Shown one piece after another: positions 9,656 to 19,378 of a stretch of DNA of 64,000 bases. The notes below the pieces were generated by a model. The model did no database searches, had not been told where the DNA came from, and saw nothing but the letters and a program-made list of their open reading frames with translations. The stretch's first letter is position 1. Each line of letters starts with the position of its first letter. Both the position numbers and the translations under genes were made by a program. This DNA comes from a virus (taxonomy: Duplodnaviria > Caudoviricetes), in IMG/VR virus record IMGVR_UViG_2974704384_000001, positions 12,316 to 76,315 of that record; one strand, 5' to 3'.

Positions 9656-11944
9656 GTGGCTATCGCGTTCAACGCGGCCACTGTTGGGAGTATTACCGCC
9701 TCTGGGCGGACTGCGACTGCCACTCATACGGCTAACGGTTCTAACCGCGCCGTAATCGTAATGGTCGTCGGTGGGTGTGGGCCGAGTAATGAACAGCCTT
9801 GGGGCAATGGCGATTCCGAGGCTTTGGCCTGCACCTACGGCGGGCAGACTATGACTCTGTTGGGTCATATCGGCACTAACGCAGGCACTTTCGGTGGCGT
9901 GGCGTTCTTCGGTTTGCTTAACCCGCCTACGGGGGTGCAGACGGTCGCGTTCTCCAAGGCGAATGTCACTTGGTCGCTGCGGGTTGCGGCTATCTCGTAT
10001 ACCGGGGTGGCGAGCTTCGGTGCTACTACTGCGACTTACGGGACTGGCTCAGGGGCTGGGCTGGGAATGACTGTCCCCGCTGCTGTTGGCGAGGTTGTCG
10101 TCCACGCGTGGGTGACTCTTCTGGGAACGGTTACTAGCTGGGCGGCTACCGGCGGCGGCACGCAACGGCAGGTCGTTAACGCTGTCGATTCTGGTGGCGG
10201 CGCTTACGGCGTGTTCGGTGACGCACCTGGCGCGGCGTTGGTTGCTTTTAGTGGCACCCGCACCACTTCCGGTGATCAGTATGCCGGGGCTGCGGCCCGT
10301 CTAGTGCCCGCTGAGGGCGGTGAACCGGAGAATCCTGGTGAGCTGACGACGTTTTCGGCGACGGGGGCTTATACGTACAACATTCCGTCGTGGGCTACGC
10401 ATGTCGACGTTGTTGCGATTGGTGGCGGCGGTGGTGGAGCTGGCGGCGCTAACGTCGGCAACGGTGACGGCAAGGGCGGTAACGCCGGTACGTGGCAGTC
10501 GTTGACCCTTAAGCGTGGGGTGGATATTCCGTCTGGCGTTACGCAGATTACGGGCGTCGTCGGGACTGGCGGTTCGGGCGGTGGGTCCGGCAATGGCTCG
10601 GGCAGCGCGGGTAACGCGTCTACTGCGGTGGCGAGCGGGCTTAGCCTTTCGGCAGCCGGGGGATCAGGCGGCTCGGGGATTAACTCTGCTGGCGGCAACC
10701 TTACGTATGGCAAGTCGCCGGGCAACTTGATCTTTAACGGCCAGACATATACCGGTGGCGCGCAGGCCGGTGCGTCGAATAATCCAAGCGGCACTGGCGC
10801 GGCGGGTAATCCGCCCGGTGGTGGTGGCGAAGGTGGCGGCGGTGCCCTGTTCGGCACCGGCTCGTCTGGTGGTGTCGGTGGCGCTGGCAGGGTGTTCTTC
10901 TATGCCTATCGGGTCGGTATCGACTACGACGGCCAGGCGGATTTGGCGTTGGCGGTGTCTACGGAGGCGTCTGCCACGCTGCGGGCTGTAGCTCAGGCCG
11001 CTTTGGTGGTCGACGTGGTTTCACCGGCTGCGGTTTCGCATGGGCAGGCCATAGAGGCGTCTCTAAGCGTCTCTGCGGACCCAGACGACGCGGCCCGGTA
11101 TGACGCGCTGGGTAGTACCGATTTGTTCCTTGACGTGGCTTTCACGGCTTCTGGCATGAAAACCCTGAATGGAATTGCGGTGCTGTCGCTGGCGGCGGAT
11201 ACGTGGGCAGATGTGACGGAGTTCAGCGTGGCTGATGCGGCCCTGCCTGTGGTCGCTGAGTTGTCGGCGGATATGTCGCAGTTGCAGGGGATTAGCGGCC
11301 TACTGGCGGTCGATGTTTCACCTATCGGCGAAATGTCGCAGGGCCAGGACGTGGGCGCTGGGCTTGAGGCCATCGTGTCGCCTACGGCAGCCGCGCTTTA
11401 CGAGGGCGCAGTGCGGGCGAACTTGGTGGTTAACGCCACGTTCGTCGCGGTAGGGGAGCGGGACGCTCCGGTTGATGCCGACCTGCCTGTGGCGGTGGTC
11501 GGCACGGCTGAGGTTTCTTCGGGGCCGGTCGCTGGCTCAGGGCTGGCCGTGGTGGTGACGACTACGGCGGCGATGCGGCGCACGCAGTACGTAGAGGCCG
11601 ACCTTTCGCTTAGCGCGCTTACGGACGGCGAGTTGTCCGCGAGTTACGGGATTGATGCCGTTTTGGAGCTGGTTGCTAACGCGTCGGTGTATTTCGGTTC
11701 GGTCCGCGAAATTGTGGTGGTGCCTTTCCATGACCGGCACGCGGTTGTGCCCGAGAATCCACGCTTAGTGGAGGTTAGGGGCGAGCTGCGCCTAATTAAG
11801 GCTGATGGCGATTACCGCTTAGTCGGTGTTACCGAGGTTGAGCGTGTGGCCGTGGTTGGCGATTCGGATAGGTCCGTGGTGGTGGCCGCTGCCGATAGGT
11901 GGGTTCAGGTCGCGCCGGTACCTAAGACGGCGGCGGTGAGCTAA
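9656..11944 (+). CDS. Glycine-rich minor tail protein / tail fibre
   Basis: 762 aa; central GGGGGG-rich domain (VVAIGGGGGG...GRVFFY); synteny. Confidence 0.8.
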   Translation: MAIAFNAATVGSITASGRTATATHTANGSNRAVIVMVVGGCGPSNEQPWGNGDSEALACTYGGQTMTLLGHIGTNAGTFGGVAFFGLLNPPTGVQTVAFSKANVTWSLRVAAISYTGVASFGATTATYGTGSGAGLGMTVPAAVGEVVVHAWVTLLGTVTSWAATGGGTQRQVVNAVDSGGGAYGVFGDAPGAALVAFSGTRTTSGDQYAGAAARLVPAEGGEPENPGELTTFSATGAYTYNIPSWATHVDVVAIGGGGGGAGGANVGNGDGKGGNAGTWQSLTLKRGVDIPSGVTQITGVVGTGGSGGGSGNGSGSAGNASTAVASGLSLSAAGGSGGSGINSAGGNLTYGKSPGNLIFNGQTYTGGAQAGASNNPSGTGAAGNPPGGGGEGGGGALFGTGSSGGVGGAGRVFFYAYRVGIDYDGQADLALAVSTEASATLRAVAQAALVVDVVSPAAVSHGQAIEASLSVSADPDDAARYDALGSTDLFLDVAFTASGMKTLNGIAVLSLAADTWADVTEFSVADAALPVVAELSADMSQLQGISGLLAVDVSPIGEMSQGQDVGAGLEAIVSPTAAALYEGAVRANLVVNATFVAVGERDAPVDADLPVAVVGTAEVSSGPVAGSGLAVVVTTTAAMRRTQYVEADLSLSALTDGELSASYGIDAVLELVANASVYFGSVREIVVVPFHDRHAVVPENPRLVEVRGELRLIKADGDYRLVGVTEVERVAVVGDSDRSVVVAAADRWVQVAPVPKTAAVS

Positions 11945-11975
11945 GGCCGCTTAATAACTAAATAGAGGGGGTCCA

Positions 11976-12125
11976 ATGATTATGGATCACGCGGGGGAGC
12001 CGGAGGTTCGCTGCGTTGCCTGCGGCGACCGCAGTGTTGACCATCCCACTTTCAAGCACAGGGTTTGGAATTGGCTGGCGGCTTCCGAGGCTTTCGTGCG
12101 GTTTCACCTAGGGCGGGTGCTCTAG
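11976..12125 (+). CDS. Small hypothetical protein (49 aa, CxxC)
   Basis: RBS GAGGGGG; fills gap between tail genes; read manually. Confidence 0.5.
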   Translation: MIMDHAGEPEVRCVACGDRSVDHPTFKHRVWNWLAASEAFVRFHLGRVL

Positions 12126-13067
12126 GTGAAGCACGAAGCTGTATTGAGCACGATCCCCATGTCGCGGGGATCAGGATTTAAGTACGAATTGCGCGGTAAG
12201 CCGGGCGACTATTGGCCGGAGTCGGGCACCGCTTACGTGGTGTTCTACGAGTCGACGGGCGCGGTGATCGCAACCCTTGAGGGGACGGTTAAGCCGGAGC
12301 TGTTGCTGTTTGAGGCTGAGCCGACAGAGATTGAGTTCATTCCGCACGGCGCGGGGTTTGAGCTGTTCGTTACGCCGGATGAGACCGGTGTGCCGGTGAT
12401 GGTTCGTTATGGGACGGTCACGCGGCGGGAGGTTCGGTTTCCGGATGCGCCTGCTACGGACGTGTCGGATACGGCGCTTCTGTACGTGGACGATATGCAG
12501 CGGACGATCCTTGGGCCTAGGTGGCGCAAGGTCGGCGGTAAGGCCGCGATTTACGACGATTGGATTTCGCTTCATCCTAAGCGGGCTATCGGTCCGGATT
12601 TCGTGTTCTTCGACCGGGCGGCTGTGTTGTGGTTCGCTCCGCTGAATCTCGATTCGGTGACGGTGAACGTCAATATCGTTAACGCGGGTGCCGGTAAGTC
12701 AACGGTGGTGCTGGCATCGGACTACAACATGACTTCATGGCTTGGGGTCCAATTCGAGACGGGCGTTTCTAACAACAAGTGGCACATCGTGGTTGGTCAT
12801 TCGCCTCAGGGCGACGACTACGAAGTTAAGGCCAGCGTTAACGCGAACTCGGATAACGGCAATAACGCGCTAATCAAGTTCAACCATGCTGCGCGGCAGA
12901 TTACGGCGTTCCGGAATAACGGGACTACGCCGCTTTTGACGTGGACCGATGAGGCCGAGTCGCTGCCTATTGGTGACGGCTTCCGCTATACGGGCTTCTC
13001 TTGGATTTCGTCTCTGGCTGCTCGCGGTGTGTGTTTCTACGACTGGTGGGCTAAGGACGGTGTTTAA
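12126..13067 (+). CDS. Tail-associated protein with beta-sandwich C-terminus
   Basis: 313 aa, between tail genes and lysin A. Confidence 0.6.
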   Translation: MKHEAVLSTIPMSRGSGFKYELRGKPGDYWPESGTAYVVFYESTGAVIATLEGTVKPELLLFEAEPTEIEFIPHGAGFELFVTPDETGVPVMVRYGTVTRREVRFPDAPATDVSDTALLYVDDMQRTILGPRWRKVGGKAAIYDDWISLHPKRAIGPDFVFFDRAAVLWFAPLNLDSVTVNVNIVNAGAGKSTVVLASDYNMTSWLGVQFETGVSNNKWHIVVGHSPQGDDYEVKASVNANSDNGNNALIKFNHAARQITAFRNNGTTPLLTWTDEAESLPIGDGFRYTGFSWISSLAARGVCFYDWWAKDGV

Positions 13068-13071
13068 GTAG

Positions 13072-14022
13072 ATGGCTTTTGTTAGCAGGTATGGAAACTG
13101 GTATTCGGAGAACGGTTGGCGCATGTGTGACGCCAACGAGCTTGACCGGGGGGCGGTGCCTGGCACGACGCTGGTACTGCCTATCCGGAAGGGTATTGCC
13201 AACCTGATCCTTAAGGCTTGGGTGGCGTGGTTTCACCGCAATGTTGAGTCGTTGAATAACGCTCGCGGTTTCAGTGACGAGGGCGCGTGGACGCCGACCA
13301 ATGACGTGGCGAACTCTAATCACCTGTCCGGTACGGCTGTTGACCTTAACTGGTCGGACCATGCGTTTCGGGTGTCGTATTCGGGGTTCACTCAGGCGGA
13401 GATTAACAAGGTCCGCGAGGGCCTAAGGCTGTTTGAGGGGACGATCTGGTGGGGCCAGGATTGGACTTCGCCTAAAGACCCGATGCACTTCCAGCTTAAC
13501 TACGGCGAGGGTGATGCGCGGAACGCGGCTTTCGCCACGAAGTTGCAGAACGGATATCTCGGTATCTGGTCTGGTGGTGGTGGTGTTGTCGACCCTCCGG
13601 CTGGCGTGGATGACATTTATGCGCAGGAGGGTGACTCGGGCGACCGGGTTAAGCGATTGCAGCAGTTCTTTAACGACAACTTCAAGAGCTATTCGCAGCT
13701 TGAGGTCGACGGCGATTTCGGGCCAGCGACTAAGGCTGTGGTTGTCGAGTTTCAGAAGCGGGTTGGCGTTCTGGCTGACGGAATCGTCGGGCCTATCACG
13801 CTGGCCGCGATGGTGAAGCACGGCTTTAAGACTGAGAGTGGGGTAAAGGTGGCGAATCTGCCTGAGGATTGGACGGACCGCCAGGTTCTTAACGATATCT
13901 GGGAGCAGTTGCGCGGGCCGGACGGTAAGGGCTGGGAGCAGCTTGGAAAGAACGCTAAGGGCGAGAATCTTTCACTGGTCGACGCGGTTGCCGAGGTTAA
14001 GAAGCGTCTAGAGGCGGCCTAA
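13072..14022 (+). CDS. lysA: Lysin A (M15-type peptidase plus peptidoglycan-binding domain)
   Basis: SNHLSGTAVDLN and DPMHFQL Zn-peptidase motifs; GD.G..VKRLQ...DGDFGPATK..V..FQ...DGIVGP binding domain. Confidence 0.9.
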   Translation: MAFVSRYGNWYSENGWRMCDANELDRGAVPGTTLVLPIRKGIANLILKAWVAWFHRNVESLNNARGFSDEGAWTPTNDVANSNHLSGTAVDLNWSDHAFRVSYSGFTQAEINKVREGLRLFEGTIWWGQDWTSPKDPMHFQLNYGEGDARNAAFATKLQNGYLGIWSGGGGVVDPPAGVDDIYAQEGDSGDRVKRLQQFFNDNFKSYSQLEVDGDFGPATKAVVVEFQKRVGVLADGIVGPITLAAMVKHGFKTESGVKVANLPEDWTDRQVLNDIWEQLRGPDGKGWEQLGKNAKGENLSLVDAVAEVKKRLEAA

Positions 14023-14993
14023 TGCCGCTACAGGTCGGCTCGCAGGGCGAGCTAGTTAACCAGTGGGTCCGGACGATGAATAAGCGGTTTTCGTCCTACT
14101 CGCGTGAGAAGGATGGAACTCCGCTTAAGGTCGACGGCTATTTCGGCTATCCGGACCGTGACGTTCAGCGGGAGTATGAGCGGCGCACCAATCAGGTGCA
14201 GGACGGCATCGTTAGCGACGGCGACTTGGCGGCGCTGGGGTTGATTGCGACCCCGCCCGCTGAGGAGCTGCCGGTGTTGTTCACGGTGAGCGGGACGTTC
14301 GCGGACATGTGGTCGGGCTATCCGGCTGACTGTGCTCGCGCGCTGGCGGGGGTCTACTACTGGCAGCCGGTGTACTACCCGGCGGCGGCGTTCCCGATGG
14401 AGCCGAGCGTCAATGCGGGCGTGCGTGAGCTGATCGACCTGATTAACAAGTTGAGGCCGGGCCGGAAGTTCGCGCTGTGTGGTTACAGCCAGGGCGCAAT
14501 CGTGTGCTCGCTGGTGCTGATCGAGATTCTGTTCGGCAGCCTGTCGCACCGTAAGGACGATCTGCTGGGTGGCTCGATGTTCGGCAACCCGATGCGCCAG
14601 GCTGGGGTTTCGTTCCCTGGTGGGCGTGATCCTGGTGGGCGCGGTATCGCGTTGGAGCAGCTTAAGGTGACCCCGCCGAACTGGTTTGAGTACGCGGACC
14701 CTGACGACATTTACGCGGCCACGCCGACCGGCGCTGGGGGAGAGGAAATGTCCTCAATCTATGCCGTGGTGATGGACCCGCTTAAGGGTGCGCCCAAGCT
14801 GGTTTGGCAGATTTGGGAGCTTTTGGCGAATCCGGCTGCGGAGGCACCGGCTCTTGTTAAGGCAATCGTGCTGGGTCTTAAGTTCGCGGGCACTCGGACG
14901 GCAGCGCATGTGGAGTACCACATTCGTCAGGCCACGCCGGGGACCACGTATTTGCAGCACGCAATCAATCATTTACGAAGCATTAGGGGGTAA
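14022..14993 (+). CDS. lysB: Lysin B (cutinase-like esterase)
   Basis: GYSQG nucleophile motif, FGNPMR, follows lysA. Confidence 0.9.
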   Translation: MPLQVGSQGELVNQWVRTMNKRFSSYSREKDGTPLKVDGYFGYPDRDVQREYERRTNQVQDGIVSDGDLAALGLIATPPAEELPVLFTVSGTFADMWSGYPADCARALAGVYYWQPVYYPAAAFPMEPSVNAGVRELIDLINKLRPGRKFALCGYSQGAIVCSLVLIEILFGSLSHRKDDLLGGSMFGNPMRQAGVSFPGGRDPGGRGIALEQLKVTPPNWFEYADPDDIYAATPTGAGGEEMSSIYAVVMDPLKGAPKLVWQIWELLANPAAEAPALVKAIVLGLKFAGTRTAAHVEYHIRQATPGTTYLQHAINHLRSIRG

Positions 14994-14997
14994 TCCG

Positions 14998-15471
14998 TTG
15001 TTGATTTACGACGAGCAGGTGCCGGTGTTGGACGACACGTTCGAGGGCGACGAGGTTTCGCTGCTAGCGGTGCGCGGGGGCCGGGTTGATCGGAATTTCC
15101 GCCGGAACTACGCGTGGGCTAAGCACGCGGCTGATCGCGGCAAGCTAAAGAAGATCGTTGTGAAGGTCGCGGTCAATAAGGACTCGTGGGTTCACACAGT
15201 GGGTGCAGTCACGTCGGCCCTTTCGGGCCAGCGGTTGCATCCTCTGGCGGCTTTCAACGTTGACTCGGACGTTCGGGATATCGGCGGCGACAAGCTAACG
15301 CAGGTATTGGAGGCGCTTAAGGAGCTGTCACCGAAGCCAGCTTCTTTTATGGCGTCGGATGCCGACGTTAAGGCTCTTGTGCGGGCACAGAACGCGCAGG
15401 CGAAGAATGCGCCTAAGCCGGGGCCTAAGGCTGAAACGAAGAATGTTGAGGATGTGAAGGACGGTGAGTAA
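14998..15471 (+). CDS. Hypothetical protein in lysis cassette
   Basis: Open frame between lysB and holin; TTG start inferred. Confidence 0.55.
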   Translation: MLIYDEQVPVLDDTFEGDEVSLLAVRGGRVDRNFRRNYAWAKHAADRGKLKKIVVKVAVNKDSWVHTVGAVTSALSGQRLHPLAAFNVDSDVRDIGGDKLTQVLEALKELSPKPASFMASDADVKALVRAQNAQAKNAPKPGPKAETKNVEDVKDGE

Positions 15472-15725
15472 TGAAGATTCTCGGGCACAAGCCGAGCGAG
15501 ATTCGGAAGTCAATTGCGGGGTTCGCGGCTGCCCTGTTGGTACTGCTAGTGGCGTTGCCTGTGGCCGGTCTACCGGTCGGTGTTGCGGCTGTAGTGGCGA
15601 CTGTGACGGCCTTCCTGACGGGTGTAAGCGTCTATCTCGCTAAGCCTAATGTGGCTGCGGTAATTGACGGGCTGGACGTGATTGACCCGCCGGTCGAATA
15701 CCCACCATTTATTGAGAAGTCATAG
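15471..15725 (+). CDS. Holin
   Basis: 84 aa, two hydrophobic helices, in lysis cassette. Confidence 0.75.
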   Translation: MKILGHKPSEIRKSIAGFAAALLVLLVALPVAGLPVGVAAVVATVTAFLTGVSVYLAKPNVAAVIDGLDVIDPPVEYPPFIEKS

Positions 15726-15727
15726 CC

Positions 15728-16150
15728 ATGCCGGAGACGGGCGAATGGATTGGGGTGCTGGTCACTAACTGGCCGGAGCTTGCAGTAATTGCCAGCTTAG
15801 TGTTCGGCGTCTATATGATCGTGCGTTTCCTGGCGGGCACCTTTGAGTCGTTTAGTAGGGCGCTTGGGCCGGTGGGTAGGTTCCTCCGTGCTCAGCGCGC
15901 TATTAACAAAGCTGAATCAGATGACATGCGGAAGCGGATTGCGTACCTGGATGAGCGGGTTACGCGTCTGCTTTACCGCGACCAGTGTTATTTCGCGTAC
16001 GTGTTGGCTGACACGGAGTGGCATCGTAGGCATGAGCTTAAGGCGGCGGCACTTGGTTGGGTGTTTGAGCCTCACGTTTCATTCCTTGAGTTCCGCGACA
16101 CGTGGATGCGCGAGCGTGGACTAGATAAGGAATTGGAAATTTGGAAGTAA
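15728..16150 (+). CDS. Membrane protein (lysis-associated)
   Basis: N-terminal TM segment plus coiled coil; follows holin. Confidence 0.65.
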   Translation: MPETGEWIGVLVTNWPELAVIASLVFGVYMIVRFLAGTFESFSRALGPVGRFLRAQRAINKAESDDMRKRIAYLDERVTRLLYRDQCYFAYVLADTEWHRRHELKAAALGWVFEPHVSFLEFRDTWMRERGLDKELEIWK

Positions 16151-16407
16151 CGGTTTACTCACCGGCGACCGCTTGCACAGGCTGCATGGCAACGAAGCTT
16201 GCTCTTAAGGGTGCGGCTATTCCGTTTACGGCAGTAGTGGCCTCGGAGGAGCAAGTAGAGAAGTTTAAGGCGGATGGGCACGCGGCGTTCCCAGTCGTTG
16301 TCGTGGATTGCGGCGACGGCGCTACGTGGACGTGGAGTGGTTACCGCCATGACGACATTAAGCGACTTAAGGAATTGCGGCAGGAACAGACGCCTTTGGC
16401 GGCTTAA
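16141..16407 (+). CDS. nrdH: NrdH-like glutaredoxin
   Basis: VTVYS..CTGC..TK..L...FPVVV...WSGYR. Confidence 0.85.
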   Translation: MEVTVYSPATACTGCMATKLALKGAAIPFTAVVASEEQVEKFKADGHAAFPVVVVDCGDGATWTWSGYRHDDIKRLKELRQEQTPLAA

Positions 16408-16414
16408 ATAGACT

Positions 16415-16470
16415 CGGGCACTCGCGCTCCCCTCTTTCCCCTGGGGTTGAGCGCGGGTGCCCGTCTTTTT
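16415..16470 (+). terminator. Intrinsic terminator ending the late operon, between convergent genes
   Basis: CGGGCACTCGCGCTC...GAGCGCGGGTGCCCG followed by TCTTTTT. Confidence 0.85.
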
Positions 16471-16476
16471 GTGTTT

Positions 16477-16821
16477 CTAGCAGTATCCGCAGTCGCAGTC
16501 GTTAGGCGACCGGTTGGAAATGACCATCACGGCACCCTCCGGCTCCGGCGCGATGTTGTCGAGCTTGGCCGGTGGGTACTTGCCGTATATGCCGTCCTCG
16601 AATCCGGCTAGGGTCCGCTGGTGCTGCCAGTCGGCCCGTTCGGTGAGTGCCTGGTCTCGCTTGGCCCGTTCTGCCGCCTGTGCGTCCTGCTGCCGGGCGA
16701 TCTTGCGGGCGATGAGGTAAGCCAGCCATACGAGGGTTACGCCCAGCAGAAGAGGCCACACGACTTTGACCACCAGGACGACGATTACGGCGATGGTCAC
16801 CCAGACGGCGAACTCACCCAT
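16477..16821 (-). CDS. Membrane protein
   Basis: ATG at 16821 with AAAGGGG RBS; long N-terminal hydrophobic stretch. Confidence 0.65.
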   Translation of the reverse strand: MGEFAVWVTIAVIVVLVVKVVWPLLLGVTLVWLAYLIARKIARQQDAQAAERAKRDQALTERADWQHQRTLAGFEDGIYGKYPPAKLDNIAPEPEGAVMVISNRSPNDCDCGYC

Positions 16822-16826
16822 GACAC

Positions 16827-17159
16827 CTAAGCCCCTTTCGCGTATATCGAGGACTCGTATTCCGGACAGTAGAAGGCGACAGCGCCGCTTAGGATGCCGA
16901 CCGCGAGGGCCTTGTCTCCTAAGAGGTCGGTGTCCCCGGCCAGGATTTCGCGCCACGGCGTGCCACTCGCCAGTTGGGCGCACCGTGACTGAGCGATCGG
17001 CACGGCCATGTTGCAGTTAACGTTGCGCCCGGTCTGCCCTGTTACGTAGGTGCAGAACTCGTAGTCGTCCTGGGGCGCGGCCACGGCTTGCGGAGCGCCT
17101 AGGCCGCTGAGCACAAGGGCTGCAAGCCCCACAAGCGCGCGTGCGTGTCGATTAACCAT
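16827..17159 (-). CDS. Secreted DUF732-like protein
   Basis: Signal peptide (AVA-AP), DDYEFC...AQSRCAQL..G...AVAFYCP. Confidence 0.65.
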   Translation of the reverse strand: MVNRHARALVGLAALVLSGLGAPQAVAAPQDDYEFCTYVTGQTGRNVNCNMAVPIAQSRCAQLASGTPWREILAGDTDLLGDKALAVGILSGAVAFYCPEYESSIYAKGA

Positions 17160-17845
17160 TGGTCGATCTTGGCCCGGTTAGGTTCGTCTGGCAAGGAGGT
17201 CAGGCGCTCGGCGCGCTGGATCATGTCGCGCCAGTCCCGAATGTCCTCTAGCACCTGTTCCTGAGGTACCTCGCCGTTGCGGATGCTCAGCAGGTAGTCC
17301 CGGCGCAGCTCCATCATGGGCATCTGCATGTTCTGGTCCATCAGCATTTCGTGGCCCTGCATAAGCAGCCGGAGCGCATGGAATGCGGCCTTAGTGTCGT
17401 AGCCGTGGGCCTCGATCAGCTCGGGCCGGTTGGTGCGCGGCGCGCGTTCGCCGGTCAGCCTAGCGGCCATTGAGTCGGCGTATCCCATGTGCCGGGCCGC
17501 TAACCGCTTGCTAAGGAACATCTGCCGGTTCTCTTGCAGCTTGATCATGTCGGGGAAGATCAGGTTAGGCGTAAACAGCAGGGTCATAACCGTAGGGTTG
17601 CCCTGGCAAACGAGGCTCACATATTTACGCAGACCGTAAAACTGGGTCTCGGAGTCTCCGGCCTCACTCTTAACGCCTTCGGGCTTGTCCCGCCTCCGGA
17701 CTGCCCCGACCTGCGGCTTAAGCCCGATTAGCGCTTCTGGCGGATCGGCATAGATGCCGATGTAGTCGTGGTCGGAGTCCTCACGGTTTAGGCCGTGGGC
17801 AAACGATCCAATCTCGCCAATGATCAATGGCCTAATGTCAGCCAT
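17099..17845 (-). CDS. Pol beta-like nucleotidyltransferase (RlaP/YcgL-like)
   Basis: GSFAHGL..DSDHDYIG motif; GNPTVM; YDTKAAFHALRL. Confidence 0.8.
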   Translation of the reverse strand: MADIRPLIIGEIGSFAHGLNREDSDHDYIGIYADPPEALIGLKPQVGAVRRRDKPEGVKSEAGDSETQFYGLRKYVSLVCQGNPTVMTLLFTPNLIFPDMIKLQENRQMFLSKRLAARHMGYADSMAARLTGERAPRTNRPELIEAHGYDTKAAFHALRLLMQGHEMLMDQNMQMPMMELRRDYLLSIRNGEVPQEQVLEDIRDWRDMIQRAERLTSLPDEPNRAKIDQWLIDTHARLWGLQPLCSAA

Positions 17846-17861
17846 ATTCCCCCCCCCCCTT

Positions 17862-17922
17862 AAAACAGAGCTAGCCCTGGTCGGCGCTCCCCCTCCCAAG
17901 AGAGCGGCCAGCCAGGGCTAGC
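17862..17922 (-). terminator. Terminator after lsr2-like gene
   Basis: GCTAGCCCTGG/CCAGGGCTAGC stem, followed on the minus strand by TCTGTTTT. Confidence 0.65.
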
Positions 17923-17936
17923 GGTCTGCGTTGCCG

Positions 17937-18398
17937 TTAAGACTCCCCGGCTGCTGAAAACTGCGGGTCGTCTTTCTTCTGAGCCGGTGCAGCCTTCTTA
18001 GCTGGCGCGGCTTTTTTGGCTGGTGCTGCCGCTTTGATTTCGTCACCGGTAGGCGACCCTGCGGCTCTCCAATCCCGAACGATCTGTGCGGAGACGCGGC
18101 CCCGGTCGGACACTTCATGTCCGTTGAGCTGAGCCCACTTGCGTACGTCTGCGAGTGGCAAGCCGGGTTCCCCGCCGGAGTAGGTGTTTTTGCTGCTAGA
18201 GCGCCTACGGGTGGATTCCTTGCCGACCCGCGTGGCGACTTCCAGCCACCTCTCCAAGTCCTTGTCGAACTGCTTAGCGTTCTTCTCGGACAGGTCCAGG
18301 TGGTAGGCCACTCCCTCAATCGAGAAGTTGCGTTCTGCCTCCGCTTCCAGCTCTGGCTCGTAGTCATCGAACAGTGTGACGGTTACCCGTTTCCCCAT
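17937..18398 (-). CDS. lsr2: Lsr2-like DNA-bridging protein
   Basis: KRVTVTLFDD..Y.LDLS; VRKWAQLNG..VSDRGRV. Confidence 0.9.
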   Translation of the reverse strand: MGKRVTVTLFDDYEPELEAEAERNFSIEGVAYHLDLSEKNAKQFDKDLERWLEVATRVGKESTRRRSSSKNTYSGGEPGLPLADVRKWAQLNGHEVSDRGRVSAQIVRDWRAAGSPTGDEIKAAAPAKKAAPAKKAAPAQKKDDPQFSAAGES

Positions 18399-18474
18399 TT
18401 CGTTCCCCTTCGGTTTCGTGTTTTCGGGTATGTGGTGCGTACACAGTAAGTGCCTTAATCGTTATTCGTCAACT

Positions 18475-18843
18475 TCATCTGAGCGGATTAGTCGCTAACT
18501 GGGCAATGAACAGGACGAACATGGTTAGCACCACAGCCGTGACGATACCCGCGATGATGAGCTGAGTAGGCGATACGCGCCGGTAGAGCGGGACGCGTTT
18601 AACGACGGCCTTGGACCAGTCCAGCTCAAGGCGGTTGATCTCCGATTCAAGCTGCTTGTACTGCTGCTCGTGTGCCTGAAAGTAAGGCTGTGCGCTGACG
18701 CGAAGATCGCGTTTCCAGTTGTCCAGCGATGCGCGGTAGCGGGCGAGCGCGTCGTTCGCTTCCCGAAGGGCCAATGCGCGCGCCCGCAGGGAGGGGTCGC
18801 GTTGCAATGCTGCGATGAACGGGGGCGGGGGCGTGGTGCTCAT
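18475..18843 (-). CDS. Membrane protein (coiled coil plus C-terminal TM)
   Basis: 122 aa ORF with hydrophobic C-terminus. Confidence 0.6.
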   Translation of the reverse strand: MSTTPPPPFIAALQRDPSLRARALALREANDALARYRASLDNWKRDLRVSAQPYFQAHEQQYKQLESEINRLELDWSKAVVKRVPLYRRVSPTQLIIAGIVTAVVLTMFVLFIAQLATNPLR

Positions 18844-19155
18844 GCGCGCGTGTCTCCTACCGGACTTAGGTAACCACTAGTTACGAGGACTGTTCACTTG
18901 CTCAACGTGAGTTGCGTTAGGGCGTGATTTGAAGATTTCGTTTAAAGACCCAGTGCCCAAGGTGACGTTTAGCGGGTTGTTGTCGTTGCTTGGTCGGGCA
19001 CGGCACTAGCGAGTGTCTTTTATAGAACACCGGATTTTTCCAACTTATGGAAATATTAAAGAAAACCCACAGAGTTCCCACAGGGGCGAGGGGTTGCCCA
19101 GACGTGTCCGCAGGTGTAGGGGTCGCAGCCCTCCGACCAGCGCCGATCCGGCTCT

Positions 19156-19356
19156 TAGTTGATACTTTCGTTGATACCTCGGGAGAAAATGCCCTCTGAC
19201 CTGCGTGTTCTTAACCTCACCAGAGGATTAAAAGCCCGTAGATGTACCCCCCGCATACCTGGGTGTATGGTGTCAAACGTGCAGCTAAGGCGGGTTAAGG
19301 GTCTACAGATGACTCAGGATGACTCTGCCGTAGTTGATACCTGTAGTTGATACCTG
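19156..19356. other. attP: Predicted attP: arm-type repeats (TA)GTTGATAC(CT) at 19156-19179 and 19331-19356 flanking a tRNA-Lys-like core near 19225-19241
   Basis: Two pairs of direct repeats directly upstream of the integrase; central GGATTAAAAG is the reverse complement of the Lys(UUU) anticodon-loop sequence CTTTTAATCC. Confidence 0.75.
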
Positions 19357-19378
19357 GGCACCGCGAGAGGGGCGAAAC

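Noticed and set aside
10420-10890. Gly-rich repeats in the tail fibre as a DGR variable region or repeat array
   Set aside because: Ordinary glycine-rich tail domain; no reverse transcriptase or template repeat in the window.
19100-19140. TCCGCAGGT...AGG as a tRNA 3'-half attP core
   Set aside because: No TTCRA T-loop or acceptor strand, and it lies outside the arm-repeat bracket.
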